DNA of 64,000 bases from Camelus dromedarius (GCF_036321535.1 NC_087436.1:63304001-63368000), one strand, 5' to 3'. Numbered from the stretch's first letter, positions 27,661-42,236 are shown. Numbers and translations: made by a program. The notes: generated by a model from the sequence alone, not told the origin.

Positions 27661-29384
27661 ATAAAGATTCCTTTTTGTTTCAGATTGAGAAAAAGAAACC
27701 CCCAAGTTCAAATATTTCTGCCACAGAATAGTTTTAATAAAGAGATAAAGAGGCAGATTTTACCAACCTGAAGATTACAATCATATGATGACTTTTTCTT
27801 ACAATTATACTGTAATTTTGAAGGATGGCAGTACATATTTTGTCACATATATTTTATCTTGAATCAGTTTTCAAATTATTTTTGTATACTGACCATTAAA
27901 CTTCTATTAATAACATGATAGCTGTATTGGGAAGAAACTGTGATTAACATTATGTTTCCTTTTTATTTCAGAACATGTCTTAACTGCAATGACTTGTTTA
28001 GAAAAAAAAATGTGGGGGATATATGGGAAGATGATGGAAATTCTTGCTCAGGGGGTTAAATTATAATTAAATAATTTATCATATGTCATAGGATCCTAAT
28101 TCCTTACAATCTAAATTTAAAATACATATTGTACACAATGCTAAAGACAGCATATGTATAGTAAAGACAATTTTACTATAATATATAGTTCTATGTGTAT
28201 ACATTCTATCTCCTCTGTATCAAACATGTAAGTCATTTTATTGACAGAGGAAATTTATTTTAGTTATAGTAATATATCTATATACATATATATGGAAATA
28301 AAAGGTATAAAATTATTCATGTTTTCAGTTTATATCTGCAGCTAGTATCTATTACTATAATTAACTAAAGCATTCATAAAGAAATAAAGTGATCTAAAAA
28401 TCAACTGCGTAGAAAAAGAATTGTTTAATCTAATTTGAAGAACAAAGAACCAATTTTGCCAATATAATATAACTAATCAGAGTAGATGACACTTAACACA
28501 CAGGGCATTATGCTGGATAAACCTCTTTGCCCTTCCCTTTCTATATTATGTGCAGCTCAAAGAAAGAATACTTACTAAACTTCAGAAATGAGACACATCG
28601 AAAATAGGACAAGAATTCATAAAATAGAAACCACTGACCTAAGAGACATTAAAAAAAATTACGTCCTTTTTTCATTCCCACGTTTATTTTCATTTATTTT
28701 AAAGTGTCTCCCCTTGTTGTTTTTTGTCCTTTTTCTTGGCTAACTGAATCATCAAGGAGGATTAATGTGACTTTGAACCACCATGGACTTCTTTTTCCTT
28801 TTTCTCGGCACCCTTCCTACCTACCTAGGCTAGAGATCCTTTGAAGTCAATGGGCAGCCCACATCAAAGGTGATTAGTAGGGTTCAGAGCAAACAAGAAT
28901 AGCTTCCTGACAAAGGCTCATACCTTTCCACAAATATCTCCAGCCTGGAGTGTCACACTCTTTTCTAGAAAGCCAAGTTACTTACCTATTCAAGTGAGCT
29001 CACTTTTAGTACCTGTGCCTTAGATCCAAGTGATGCTGTTTATTTGACTGCTTAGGACAAATCTCTCTTTGGGTCACATACTGAACCATGAACTTTTCCT
29101 CTTAGGACTTAGCCCATAGTGTGAAACTATCTCTGTGTGTCACCCTTGATAGAATACTGTAAAGAACCTGAAAAATTATGACAAAGGGAAAAGGTAGCGA
29201 GTGACAAGCACAAAAATGATGAGATGAATACATTTTGAGATGGTTGCTGAACCCTGACAGCTGACTGAAAGCTAATCAGGCAAAGCACCACTGCCAATGC
29301 CAAAGGGAAGTCTGGCAGAGGAGGGGAGCACCCCCTCGTAATCATGGGAAATTGACTAGTATGTTATAATGGAACGAGGACCGG

Positions 29385-29470
29385 CTATGCTCGGAACCTG
29401 CCTCTGCTATAACCCCTGTATAGCTCTGGGCAAGATAATCTTCTTCTTCGAGTCTATTTCTTAATGAAAA
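29385..29470 (+). mobile_element. MIR fragment
   Basis: 'cctgcctctgcta...ctctgggcaagat...gagtctatttctt'. Confidence 0.5.
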
Positions 29471-31271
29471 GAGTCCAGAGAGGAAAATGTATGTCTCCTT
29501 CCAGAATCCTACGATAAAGAATTAAAAAAAAAATTTAATTGCAGAATGTACTCACCCAGATGTTTTCCATCATTATCTCTGGTGCTGGAGACTAGCTGGG
29601 TTTTAAGAAAAAAAAGCAAAAGTAATCCACAAAGGATTATTAAAAATAAAGGGAAAACAAGATGCAACACAAAAATAAATCAAATGTCATTTCTTTAGAA
29701 ATGTCACTAACAAGAAAATGAAAACTGGAAAGCTGAGGAGCAGTAGCTAGTATAATGTCATGTGCAAGAAGATGCTGACTTTGGATGGAAATGTCTTCTT
29801 GTATCTCACATATCATCCTGTCATCTGTAGCTACTTCTTACTTTGAATTCAATGAAGACACTAAATGAAAAAAAAATTGCTGCCAAACTTTTCATAATGT
29901 TTTGATACTATTCTCTTTTGAGCAAAACAGACCCATGATTCTTGATATTTGTTCTTTTTATAAGACTTTTAAACTATTCTAATGACTTATGATGAAAAAC
30001 GTGTGATTAATGAATTATTTGATATCTAATGTACCTTTGGGTTGCCCAAAGGCAAAAATAACATATTAAAAACATAGAGCTGGAAATGTTAGAAAACCCA
30101 CTAAACACTTTTTTTTGCTAGTATATGAATAAACAGAAGCCTCAGCAGACACATGGTTTTCATAGACACAAGCCGAAAGTGAAGTCATGGAAGAAGACCT
30201 GCTTCCAGAAGAAGCTAAGTAGTAAGAGCAAGTTAAGTTTATTGTGATTATGAATAAACTAATTTATCTGGTGCAAGGCAAATTCCAGGGATATTTTATT
30301 CCATCAATAACATTAATCCAAGCAAAATTCATAAATATGAGCCAAGTCTCTAGAAAATAAAAATATAGGAAAAAGTTTTTTAATTTGGGGGATAAAAGTA
30401 GACAAAGGAGAAGAAAAATTCACTAACTCTGAAACATAGCAAATGTTTACATAACCAAATTAACACAGAGGTTTTAAGACATACCAGTTATTTGATGAGT
30501 ATGACATGAAGAAAAGGTCTTAGCAAATGATAAATTACTTTCTGTGTCAAATTTTTCTTGAGTAAAATAATTGGTTTCTGAGTCAATACCTTTCTAAACA
30601 GTAATTCATGAGAATTGTTGGCAGTGGAGATAGAAGAAAACAATATTCCTGTATTAACTATGGGAGAAATTAGGTTACTATCTCTACTTATGGGTTAAAT
30701 TGTTAGTTACGTAAGGCAAAAATGATGGAAAAAAAGAAAGTATATATCTTTCCCAGTATGACATCATCATTATATTGACCCATCAGGAAGTAGAGCCAGG
30801 TAGAAGAAAATTTTATTTCTATATTATTAATGGAATGTGTTATACAATGAAAGAAAGATTAATTCAATATCGAGTAGTTTGCCGATTTCAAGTAATTGTT
30901 AGTTGCAAAGGCAAATAAGAATTACCTTCAAAATTTATTTCTAAAATTTTGTCATATACTTCTTCTGCTATTATATATTGAGAGGTATGTTTGGAGATCC
31001 TGAAAAATCTGTTCTTTCTAATTTAAGTGACACATCTGTTTCACAGAATTATTGATATATACTATGTCAATAAAGCCCTAAGATAAATTTGAAATTTTGA
31101 GAAAAATATTTCAACATACATTATGCCTATTATCTTAAAAATATAAACACTTAAACATATGAAAGGAAAATATAAAATATGCCTTAAATGTATTGATTTA
31201 TTAAATTCCTGCCTTCTGTGAATCAAAGATAAGTAGAAAGAACTTCAATGAATAACAAATGGCTAATTTTA

Positions 31272-31655
31272 CAGCAAGAGAAAGAAAAATACCATATGAT
31301 ATCACTCATATGTGGAACCTTAAAAAAAAAAAAAAGAAAAAAGGACACTATGAACTCATCTACAAAACAGAAACAGACTTGCAGACATAATAAACAATGT
31401 TATGGTAACTAGGGGGAAGAGGGTGGGAAGGGATAAATTCAGGAGTTTGAGATTTACAAATGTTAGCCACTATATATAAACATAGATTTAAAAATTTTTC
31501 TTCTGGATAGCACAGGGAACTATGTTCAATATCTTGTAATAACCTTCAATGAAAAAGAATATGAAAATGAATATATGTATGTATACGCATGACTGGGACA
31601 TTGTGCTGTACACCAGAATTTGATACATCGTAACTGAATGTACTTTAATTTTTAA
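31272..31655 (+). mobile_element. Young 5'-truncated L1 (3' UTR only)
   Basis: 'gatatcactcatatgtggaa...ggataaattcaggagtttgagattt...tgtacaccagaa'; perfect 15 bp TSD aaatggctaatttta (31257-31271 / 31656-31670). Confidence 0.95.
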
Positions 31656-32189
31656 AAATGGCTAATTTTAAATCGTTGAGTGCTTTACTTAGCTCATAAT
31701 TCAATTAACAGACCTCTGTGATAAGAACTTTTTATATTTCAGTCAGAAGAATGGTAGAAAGCTATAAATAAGCTGTTGTTTTCTCTAGTCCACAATATAA
31801 TTGCACCATTTCTTTTCCATTCACAAACCATATAGTGCCAACTTCCAAGGTATTTTTTTAAGTGTGTCCTCAGATTCTTTCTCCATTGTGTAAGTAGGGA
31901 AACCAATATACAATAAGTTTACTGAAAAGAAAAATACTAATTATCATACTAATAATAAACGAATATGCTCTTCCAGATTTGTAATATCCTACAGTACTTC
32001 ACCTTGAGGGTTTAAACAATCTTCTCTTTCAATAGGAAGCCAACTGCATAGTTAAGGAATTTGGATAGAATGAGGAAATTTACCAATATAGATAGTTTAA
32101 ACAGGAGACGCTGCACTTAACATTAAAAATAAGGTTTTCATTAAAAAAATCCATCATGGCCAAGCTTTTTTTTTTTTTTTTAACTTATG

Positions 32190-32345
32190 AAGAGGGAAGA
32201 AATCAGTGACAGACAGACAGGAGGAAGGAAGAGAGGAAGGGAGGGAGAGAAGGAAGGAGACTGGTGGGAAAGGGTATGAGGGAGGAGGGAAGGAAGAAAT
32301 GGGGAAGAGGAGGGGGAGGTAGGAAAGAAAGGAGGGAGGAAGGGA
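32190..32345. repeat. G/A-rich low-complexity polypurine tract
   Basis: Read directly; GGAA/GGGA units. Confidence 0.85.
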
Positions 32346-33467
32346 TTATCATTTTGTTGGACTTCTTTCAGTAGACTTTGTTTTAAATACAAAACCTTGT
32401 GTATCAGTTAACACTGACTCTTTAGCCATATTTTATAAATGAGAATAAAAAATCATAAGAAGCAAACATATTAGGGAAGGTCAATATTAAACATTAGCTC
32501 TACTTTGAACAAATAACTATAGAAACATGTGACAACTATAAGGGAGGACTAAAGAAGCAAGGTACACCAACATTTAAAAAATCTTTCAAAATGATGGGTA
32601 CCTTGAAACCCAACAAAGAGCATCTTTGTTTTGGAAGATACTAAAGATCTTCAAAAAAGATTATCACTACACCTTAAATGTAAGTCCAAAGCCACCATGT
32701 AGGTGTTGTCTAGCATGGAGGGATGGTCTTCCTAATTCCTACAGTGGCATTCATGGACTAGCAGCTGCTCTGTGTATGCCAAATCCTTAAGCTACTTGAT
32801 GGCCTCATCAGTGTACTAAGGGTGGGGAAAAAGTCATCTATGAAATAGCAGTTTCAAGACTCAGCCTGGGATAATCAATAATCAAAAATGATGACAAAAT
32901 GTCAAGCCAATTTTCTTTCCCTTTTGCAGTGCAAAACCCTCTAAGACCCTGAATAACTAAGTTTGTCCCCATGAGAAAGTAAAAATGATTTCCTTATAGA
33001 GTATAGAGTAGTATGATCTGATGAGATTTACCTTCCACAACAACAAAGCAATATTCTGCCATGTTCTGTGGAGCATTTCTTCCTAAGCTTTGCAAAGGTG
33101 TGGTCCTGGTGTGCATCTGGATTGGTTCCCCAAGAGAAGATAAGCCTCTTCACACAGCTTTGAGGCAGTACCCCTCAGCACAAAAAAAAAAAAAAAAATG
33201 AGATCCTGTCAGTGTCTGTCTTGTCTTTCATTTTATTTATGCATCTAGCTGTAATGTAAAGCTGGATCATGAAATATACCATATTTTAATGTGGATGAGA
33301 GAAAACAAGTATCTTTGTGACTGGCAGCCAAAGAGCATGATATAAAAGTTCTTATATTAGTTAAGATTTAACAAGGGAAGGAAAAGCACCCTTAGCGATA
33401 AAGGAAAATAAATATTACAAGAATTAGACCTTGTGGGAGCTGGTTCAATAGTCCATTGGCTATGGCC

Positions 33468-33922
33468 TCTGTATCTAGTTTTAGGCAGGAATTCAGGTCT
33501 AGAGGTTGGAAAGGAAAGATGAATGCATAGTGGGGGGAGAGGAAGGGCTAACTGGAAGTCTTATCTGTCTCTTCCCACCTCCAAACCTCATGATACAGAC
33601 CACCTGCAGGATAGCCTGTGGCTCTTCCCTATGGATCTGCACACCCACTGGCCCAGCGTTCAAAGCTGAAGCAGATAATCCAGTGGGAGCAGAACAGACT
33701 GCAGGCCTGATTGCTGTCCTCAAACAAGCAGCTGAGCCCACAGATGAGTGGAGATATGCGGAAGCAGCAATAGCACCTGGCTCTGCACCAAACTTCAGAA
33801 CATGGAAAGTAGGGCCGCTTCTCCTCCCACACTAATTTCTCTTATGGCCAACCTAATGTGACACCATGCAGTGAAGAAAATCTGTGAAACGTGGCTCCAG
33901 CTTAGTTAGCTACATTGACACA
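33468..33922 (-). mobile_element. Old ERVL-type LTR
   Basis: GC-richer island ending 'ggccaacctaa...aatctgtgaaacgtggctccagcttag...ttgacaca', which resembles old ERVL LTR termini; family not resolved. Confidence 0.5.
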
Positions 33923-35983
33923 GTGAAAAGAAAAGAAGCCAACATAGGTTTCATTGCAGAAAGTAAGTTGAGAAAACTGATATAAATCTTTTTATATAAA
34001 TTAACTAGGAAGACATACAAAAGGCTTCCAAAGACTGTCCACAGGCTGTCTTAGGCTGTGGAGAAGATGTCCTAGGCTGAACAGTCCGCCCAATCCAGAA
34101 GAGATCATCTGATGCCCACCGTTGGAAATAAATCAGAAGAAGCTCCCCCAAAACACTTAGTAAAATTTGTCTATGATCAAACAGTGCCCTTACACTTTCA
34201 TAAATAGAGGCTATAGACACAGGGATAGAGAGAGAAAAAATTTTGAATAATCTATTCTTTTTTATATTTGAGGATATATCAGTCCCATCAGCCATGGCAG
34301 TTTGGAGCCTCTGAGCTGAAGTTAACAGTAGGCGTGACTGAGTTGGAGTCCTGAGCGCTCAATTAACGTTCTACTTCATGAAATCAAACCTCTCTTCTTG
34401 CTGTCCAACCTCTGTGTTTTCTTCACATTTAAGAGCTTGTATTCCCCTTACACCTTTAATTTAGCAAAGCCCAAGGGAAAGTCTTATATTATCATAAAAT
34501 AAATCAGTCCACTTGAATTTCAGTCATGAAATTTCAAAAAATCACATATTTTTTATTTGGAGAGAACAGTTTGAAATTCATCAATATTAATCCTATGCAG
34601 TTGTAAGTATATGTTATTAATTTTCGATTTTCTTGTTTTTGGCTCAGAGGCTCAAGTACATGCTATATTGTTAAATATTCCATTTTAACCCAATATTTAT
34701 AGTAGATGTGAACTGCCATAAGAATACTGATTTAAAGACAAATTTTTATAAGGGCTATCTCAAACACTTGTTTGAATAACATACAATAAACTGGCTACTA
34801 TTGCAATCAAAAGTGGAGATGGATAAATAACTTTGCAGTACATATACTGAGGAAGTTTCTGGCACTATTTGCTCCCATCCCACAAGAATCATTGTTTCCA
34901 GTCTATATCTTAACGGTTATCCACTGTCATAGCTAAACTTGGGTATCTTCTCTTTGAAACTTTCCCTAGCCTTACTGAATAAGTCATCCCCATTTTTTGT
35001 GGTCTAAGTTATTATTTTTGATAACTGAGAATGATCTTCGTGATAATTAGTACTAACGGCTGTAACATACTCCATCAATAAAAGATATTGTGAAAAGTTC
35101 AGTCATTTGGGACAGGTAAGCCTGAGACTGTAAAAAAGATGAGTCGACAGCTGTAGATTGAGATTGAGTTGTGCAGACAGTTGTAGTTTCAGCTACAACT
35201 GTGGGCTTCCAGATATTTTGGAGACTATTTTGGAGAGATTAATTACCTTTAACAGAAATTCTTAGAAATAATGAGTAGAAGTAAAATTGACCCCAGGTGT
35301 TTATAATGCTAATATCAATTTCTCACTGAATTGAGACCGTCTGTGTAACTACTGTATTCTCCATTTTCTTCAGTCAGCAGTGGTGGGTTCATAAAACACT
35401 CCTGTAACACTGGCTAATATAAACACTCAATAAGAATTCCTTATGAATACTTTATCCAAAGTTCATATGCACTAGTGTGGTGATTCCAGTTGTCTTTAGT
35501 TGTTGCCTGTTCTAATTATTCAGTCAACCACCTTATAAATTGTTGCAAAGTCTGAATTCACTTCTTGCTGTACAATTTCCTTATCCTATATTAATATCAT
35601 ACTAAAAAAAAATCAGTAACAGCACAATGTTCTCTTATTATGCTAATGAAAGTCAGACAAGTTGTCGTTAATAAACAGAGATAAATGATAGAAAATTTAT
35701 TGCACATTTATTGGATATTTTCTTAATTATTTGTTGATAGGCTTTATGATTTTAATAAACCCACAGTTTTGTTATGTCTGTGGGTCAGTAAACATTTCAT
35801 ATATATTAAATACAATGATCATATATGCCTATTAGTTAAAATTAGTTTGTTGAACCTACTAACTGACAGGAGTGAGTTTTTTATTTAGTTGGAGCTTTGA
35901 GTCTTAGAGGAGGAGATATAGATATTAACTCTGAGTGGAGTCAGAAGGGGAAGCATACAGTTCATAGTGTTCCCTAACTTATT

Positions 35984-36045
35984 AAAAAAAAAAGAAAAAA
36001 AAGAAAAAAGGAAAAGGAAAGGAAAAGAAGAAAAGGAAAAAAAAA
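35984..36045. repeat. A-rich/(GAAAA)n tract
   Basis: Read directly from the sequence. Confidence 0.9.
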
Positions 36046-36125
36046 GTTAAGTACCTCTGAATTGAGAATTCTTTACACAGAAACAATAAGTGGAGGAGAA
36101 AACACTGCAGTAGATACAACTGATC

Positions 36126-36857
36126 TTTTTTTTTTATTATTTTTTAAAATTGAAGTTTAGTCAGTTTGCAGTGTGTTAATTTCTGGTGTACAGCATAGTG
36201 ATTCAGTTATACATATACATGTATATAGTCATTTTCATATTCTTTTTCATTATAGGCTATTCCAAGGTATTGAATATAGTTCTCTGCGCTACACAGTAGG
36301 ATCTTGCTGTTTATCCATTTTATATATAGTATTTAATATATAGTAGTTTGTATCTGCAAATCCTTAACTCCCAATTTATCTCTCCACCTCCACCTTTTTG
36401 CTCTGGTAACCACAAGTTTGTTTTGTGTCTGTGAGTCTGTTTCTGTTTTGTAAATAAGTTCTTTTGCCTCTTTTTCTTTTTTAGGTTCCATATATAAGTA
36501 ATATCATATGGTACTTTTTCTCTTTTTCTGGCTTACTTCACTTAGAATGACAATCTCCAGATCCATCCATGTTGCTGCAAGTGGCATTAGTATTCTTTTT
36601 TCAAGACTGAATAATATTCCACTGTAATTTTTGTATCACATCTTCTTTATCCAATCATCTGTGGATGGACATGTAGGTTGCTTCCATGTCTTGGCTATTG
36701 TAAACAGTGCTTCTAGAACACTGGAGTGCATGTATCTTTTTGAATTAGAGTTTCCTCCAGATATATGCCCAGGAGTGGGGTTGCTAGACCATATGATAAG
36801 TCTGTTTTTAGTTTTTTGAGGAAATCTCCATTCTATTTTGCATAATGGCTGAACCAA
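36126..36857 (-). mobile_element. Young 5'-truncated L1 (ORF2 C-terminus and 3' UTR)
   Basis: Poly-T followed by the same 3' UTR as the 20165 copy. ORF 36636-36857 (..VQPLCK..ALFTIAKTWKQPTCPSTDDWIKKM) is the L1 ORF2 C-terminus. Confidence 0.95.
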
Positions 36858-36919
36858 GCTCCACCTATTAGGTTTAATTTAAGGTTTGGCAATATCCTAG
36901 TATACTGACAAGAACCCTG

Positions 36920-37070
36920 TTGTACAGCTCTTCCCAAATTTACCTGATCACATTAATAGCCAGGTACGCAAACCTGCAGAATCATTTGAAGTCTCCAGTA
37001 AACGAGTTTGGGAACATGTATTTTAACAAATGCACAAGGTAATTATTTATATTTGAGGAACACAAACTGG
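36920..37070. mobile_element. MER5-like hAT-Charlie MITE
   Basis: 'tcttcccaaatt...gaatca...catgtattttaacaaatgcacaaggtaatt...tttgaggaacac'. Confidence 0.5.
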
Positions 37071-37836
37071 GCTTTGGAACAGAAAAATATAATCGAGATT
37101 CTGAGCTCTCCTGTTAATTATCTGACTTCATACATATGTTTTTAAATTAAACTTAGCAGAATTTTAACGAGTGTCTATTATGTTTAGAAAGGACTTGCTT
37201 GGTACTATAGCTGAGTGTATTATTTTATAAAGTAGTATTATGCTCAAAAGATGTATGTTCTAATGTCCTTTGCTGCTTTAAAAGGTTGATACCATAAAAC
37301 AGCTTCATTTGCGTTTTTTTTTTTTGCTTGTTATCTGTCTGTGTTATTTTCAAGAGATTTGTGGCAAGCATAGCTTAATTGGAAAATGCTGAGATGAAAG
37401 GGATACATTAGCAGAAGTTTAAGCACATTGGGATTATCTCAATAGCTTTCTGATATACACAATTTCAGACACTCTATTAACCTAATCAAATGAGATACAG
37501 CTATGATTACATAAGTCAGTTACACTCAGAGTGAGATTTTTTTTTTTTTACAGAATGGTGTAACAGTATCAATATATAAAATATACGTATTTGACTTTCC
37601 AAAATCATTCTGTGGCAATCTGGACTAACGATTTGTAGCCAACAGCTAAAATAATTGACATGGTAAATTCATACTAATTCCCTTCCAAAAATATCTAGCT
37701 AAAATTTGAATCTCAGAAAATATTTACGTTGCCACCAATATATAATTTTATTAATCTTAATTTATTTTCTGAAAGTGTACTGAAATATCAGTGTAAATTA
37801 GTTGTTGAAATATAGTCATATTAAACATAATCACTA

Positions 37837-38084
37837 GGTGGTAGGAAGGGATACACTGGAAGTTCAAGATTTGCAGATACAAACTACTATAAATAAAATA
37901 GATTAAAAAAAAAGCTTATACTGTATAGCACAAGGAACTATATTTAATATCTTGTATTAACCTACAATAAAACAGAATATGAAAACAAATGTATGTACAT
38001 ATATGTCTGACTGAAACATTATGCTATACACCAGAAATTGACACAATGTAAACTGACTATATTTCAATTACAAAAAGGAAAAAA
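37837..38084 (+). mobile_element. Young 5'-truncated L1 (last ~250 bp of the 3' UTR)
   Basis: 'caaactactata...atagat...ctgtatagcacaaggaactatat...caccagaaattgacaca'; TSD aatcacta (37829-37836 / 38085-38092). Confidence 0.92.
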
Positions 38085-41029
38085 AATCACTAATTCAGTC
38101 AAGAAACAACTTGTATACCAACATTACGGGATGAATTTCAAATGATATGGAAACAATGAAAAGAAAGATATTATACTCTTATTAGTCACAAGAGATCTAA
38201 TAATTGACACAATAATCAAATTTGTGATATTACTGAACTGGAAAGCTCTGAAATGATAATACTTTAGAGGACCATTAGGTTGAATAAATTACATAAGAAC
38301 TATTAGATATTATGCAACAAAGATGAAAGAATCCTATATAATATAGCATTATAATACCAAGATAATTATTTATTGTTTAAGAAAATAAATATTTTCAGTT
38401 ATCACCCATAAAAAATAGTACTGTGAAATATATTTGTGTATAAAATATACATATAATTGTTTTACACAAAACTGAATTCATTTCTATAGTCTAAGATTTC
38501 AGATTTTCATGTAACAAAGTTAAAAATTATGCATATTTAAAAATTTGGTATATATAATATTTTCCCAAATATGGCATGGCAATTAAGAACAGCTCAGCAA
38601 CATATAAGAATGCCAACATTCTCATTAGCAGTGGAAGGCATTCTCTTTGTCAATCTTATATGTTATTTAAATTTGCATTTTCTGTACTGATACTAAAGAT
38701 AAGCATCTTTTCTTAACTTTCATGGTGAATTTTCTATTTATGCTCTTTTCAGATTTTTCTCCAGACTGTATTTCTCTTCTTTATTTCTTACAAAATTCAG
38801 AATTATTAGTAATTTTATTTCATAAAGGTTGCAAATATTTTGAAAAATCTGTCATTTCCATTTTGACTCTGTATATTTTGCCATATTTAAATTTTTCATA
38901 TCATTAAATATGCATTCTTACCTTTTTCATCAAATGGGTTCTCTTTCTGGCATGGGGGGGACTCTACATTTCATGTTTTTTCAAGCATTTTCCTAATATT
39001 TTCTCTAATTTTCTAGTGTCATTTAATTTTTTGCATTTAATTCTCTGATACGTTGGGAATTATCTATTTATAGCAGTGAAATGAAAAATTAGAAAATGTG
39101 CTTCTGTGTTCAGATGGACAATCAATTAAGATGAGATCATTAAATAAATAAACCTCCTTTCCCCACTGAATTGAAATGCAAACATTTCTATATTAAACTT
39201 TATGACCTATGTATTCTGTTACACTGATCTAATTCACTATTCCAACGATAATATCATGTTATAATTACAGTGGTTTCTATAGAAAAATTCAGTATCTTGT
39301 AAACTCTGTCCTCCGTAATTCTTTTTTCCCCCTTATATTTTCTTGTTTAATGGAACTGTAGACTTCCTTATTAATATTAGAATCTAAAAAACTATACTCA
39401 GGGATTGTCAATGGAATTTCATTATACTTATACGTTATTTTTGGAGGATTGTTTCTTTCTCTAAATCAAATCTTCTCATTAAGAACATAGTGTAAATCTT
39501 CATTTCTTCTTATAGTTTCCACATCCTTGAAAATTGACATTTCCCTCATATAAATCCTGTATACTTCTTATTACATTTATTCCTCGGGCTCTTACATCTT
39601 TGACCACTATTTTGAATATATATTTATGTATGTGTGCTTATTTCTACCTGTATATAATTTTTGAATTAGAGAAAAACTAGTTTTTGTGTTTATCTTTTTA
39701 CCCAACTATCTTAAAAATTCTCACTTAAGTGTTTGACTAGAAACTCAAGTTATAATCCTATCATTTTCCAAAAAAATACACTCTTGGCACTTTCCAAAAT
39801 ATGTTTAAATTTTCCCTGATAATGTATAACAGTAAGTGAGGAAAAGCCTTCTTCTTCTATTTCTGAATTAAAGACTTCAGTAGTTCATCATGTTATCTGA
39901 TGTTTTCTAATGTGCTTTGAAAATTGATTCAATTTACCTAGTTTCCTTCTATTTCTATTTTGCTTAGAATTTTACTATAAATGACTGATATGTTTTATCA
40001 TTTAGCTTTCTAGAATATACTGTTGAATTATTTGTTTTTCTTCTTTATTTTTTTTTCCTTGCCATAAATTTTCTGGATTAAAAGCTGACTGATCATATTA
40101 TGTTGTTTGAATAAATTGCTGGATTCAATATATTATTTTGCATGCTCTATTTGTATTTACAAGTGACTATAAATTTGGATGATCTTTATTTCTTAGAATA
40201 CTAAGTTTATACTAAGTTCCAATCTAAAAAATAAGGAAATTATCTTTTCTGTACTTGGCAAACAGAAGTCAGCTGTTATAGCATTAGAGTTCCATATCCT
40301 TTCTTTTAAAGGTGGAGTTTTAATTATCTTTCTGATCTCTTCATTAGTATTTGCCTGTTGATTTTTTTAACTCCTCTTGTGTAAATCTGCTAGTTTATAT
40401 CTTGCTGGAATCAATTTTCCCAAGATTTTCTAACGTATTGTGATTGTATTGCATGTCATACTCTCTTACAATTATCATTTTTTTCATTGCTAGGTTTATT
40501 TTATTTTTCTCTATTTATGAGTTAAAGTTAAGATGCTTTAGGCAAGTAAAAAAAAATCTGGATAATCAAATAACGTTTATAAACAAGTGATATATTAATT
40601 AAAGCTTTATCATAGCTTATTAATAACTATGTACCTAGCTGTGAAAAATCTTATGGATGTAATGTGATAAAAAAACTTTAACAGAAGATAAAAAGGGAAA
40701 AGATAAGTAGAAAAATTAAAAAGGTATCAAAGCCTAGTAGTTGTGCATAGACCTCTATGTCCTCAGAGTTTTACTATTAGTCAAGGATTTTCTTGTTTGG
40801 ATCTCTTGGAGCCAAGCAGTTTTCTCAGTAGTTTGCTCTCTTGATTGACAAAAGTAATGCTCTCTATAAAGGTATACTTGGTTTTAACAAACCATGGATT
40901 TAATCATTCTACTATAATATAATGCATTAAATCTCACTGAATTGCTTTAAAAAATAAGAGAAGGAAAGAAAAGGGGAGATGGGAAAAGGAAAAGAAAAAG
41001 GAAAGGAAGGGAGAGAGAATTCTGTTGAT

Positions 41030-41650
41030 AGGACAGGCCCAGGTCTCATTAATTCAGCAGGTCAACAACATTATTGAGATCCAGCTTCCTTCAATATTTC
41101 CCCTCCACCATCCTTAGGATGATGCTTTTCCTCTCAACACAGTGCTTCTCAAGCTGTAACAGGCATCAGAATCACCTGGAGGGCTTCCTACAGCACAGGC
41201 TTCCTGCTTTGGTAGCTCTGGGCTGGAGTGAGTCAAGATTTTCTATTTCTAACATGTTTCCAGGCGATGCTAATGCTGCTGGATGCACCATAATTTAATA
41301 ATCTTAGACTGACTCCCCTCATGGCCCTCAAAATAGGTGGAAACTTTTCAGGCATTTCACACAGACTATAATAAATAAAATATCCCTATTTAGCATCCAT
41401 TTTCTCATTTTAGAAACTTTCTTTTTTCAAAAGCAACCAAATTGCCTTCTCTTTTTTTTAATTTTTGAGAATTTCACTACATATCCATAACAAAATCAAA
41501 GTATTTGTAAGATGATTGCATTTATCAGTTTGTTTAGATCCATCAAAATTCACTACCTGGGATCTCCCGAAGACCTTGCTCACTTGCAGGACAGTAAAAA
41601 ATTATTTAAGTTTATAAGCAAAAAAAATGGGTAGGATGACCTTGAATAGG
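41030..41650 (-). mobile_element. MLT1J-like LTR fragment, interrupted by MER5A
   Basis: 'ttaattcagcaggtcaacaac...ccagcttcctt...ccaccatcctt', resuming at 'cccctcatggcc'. Confidence 0.55.
41140..41305. mobile_element. MER5A hAT-Charlie MITE
   Basis: 'agtgcttctcaa...gcatcagaatcacctggagggctt...atttctaacatgtttccaggcgatgctaatgctgctgg'. Confidence 0.85.
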
Positions 41651-42236
41651 GAATTAACAGAGTCATAAACAACAGCAAAAAGTGCTGTAAATTTTGTCTC
41701 TTTTTAACATAACTTAAGCTACTAGTAATTTATTGTTCTTGTTCAAAAAATAATTTGATTTTATTGTTCAGTTCTATTATTTCCTTTCTTCCCATATTTT
41801 ATTAGGAATAATTTAATTTCCCAGTTCATTGGTTTATTTTGTAGTATGTCAATTTATTAAATATTTAACTTACTTAATTGGATTTTTATACTAAATACAT
41901 TTACATTAACAATTATTTCTTTAAATACATTCTTGCTAGATTCCCATAGGTCTGCTGATTGGCTTTGCTTTTCATTATTTTCTGGTTTATTTGCACTTAT
42001 TTTCTTTTGCAATCTCTAGTATCCTCTGGTTATTTTGGAGAATGTTTCTTAGTTTTTAAAAGTATAAGTCTTCTTTGATCATGTTTCTACTCATGATTTT
42101 TAATTTGACATAAAATATCTACCCTTTGGAACTAAATAAGAGTATCTTTGTAATAAAGTATATGATAGGTTTTTTTAAGGGAAGTATGGATAAAAGAAAG
42201 TGTGCATTCTCTGTAGAGATGAAAATTACATATATT

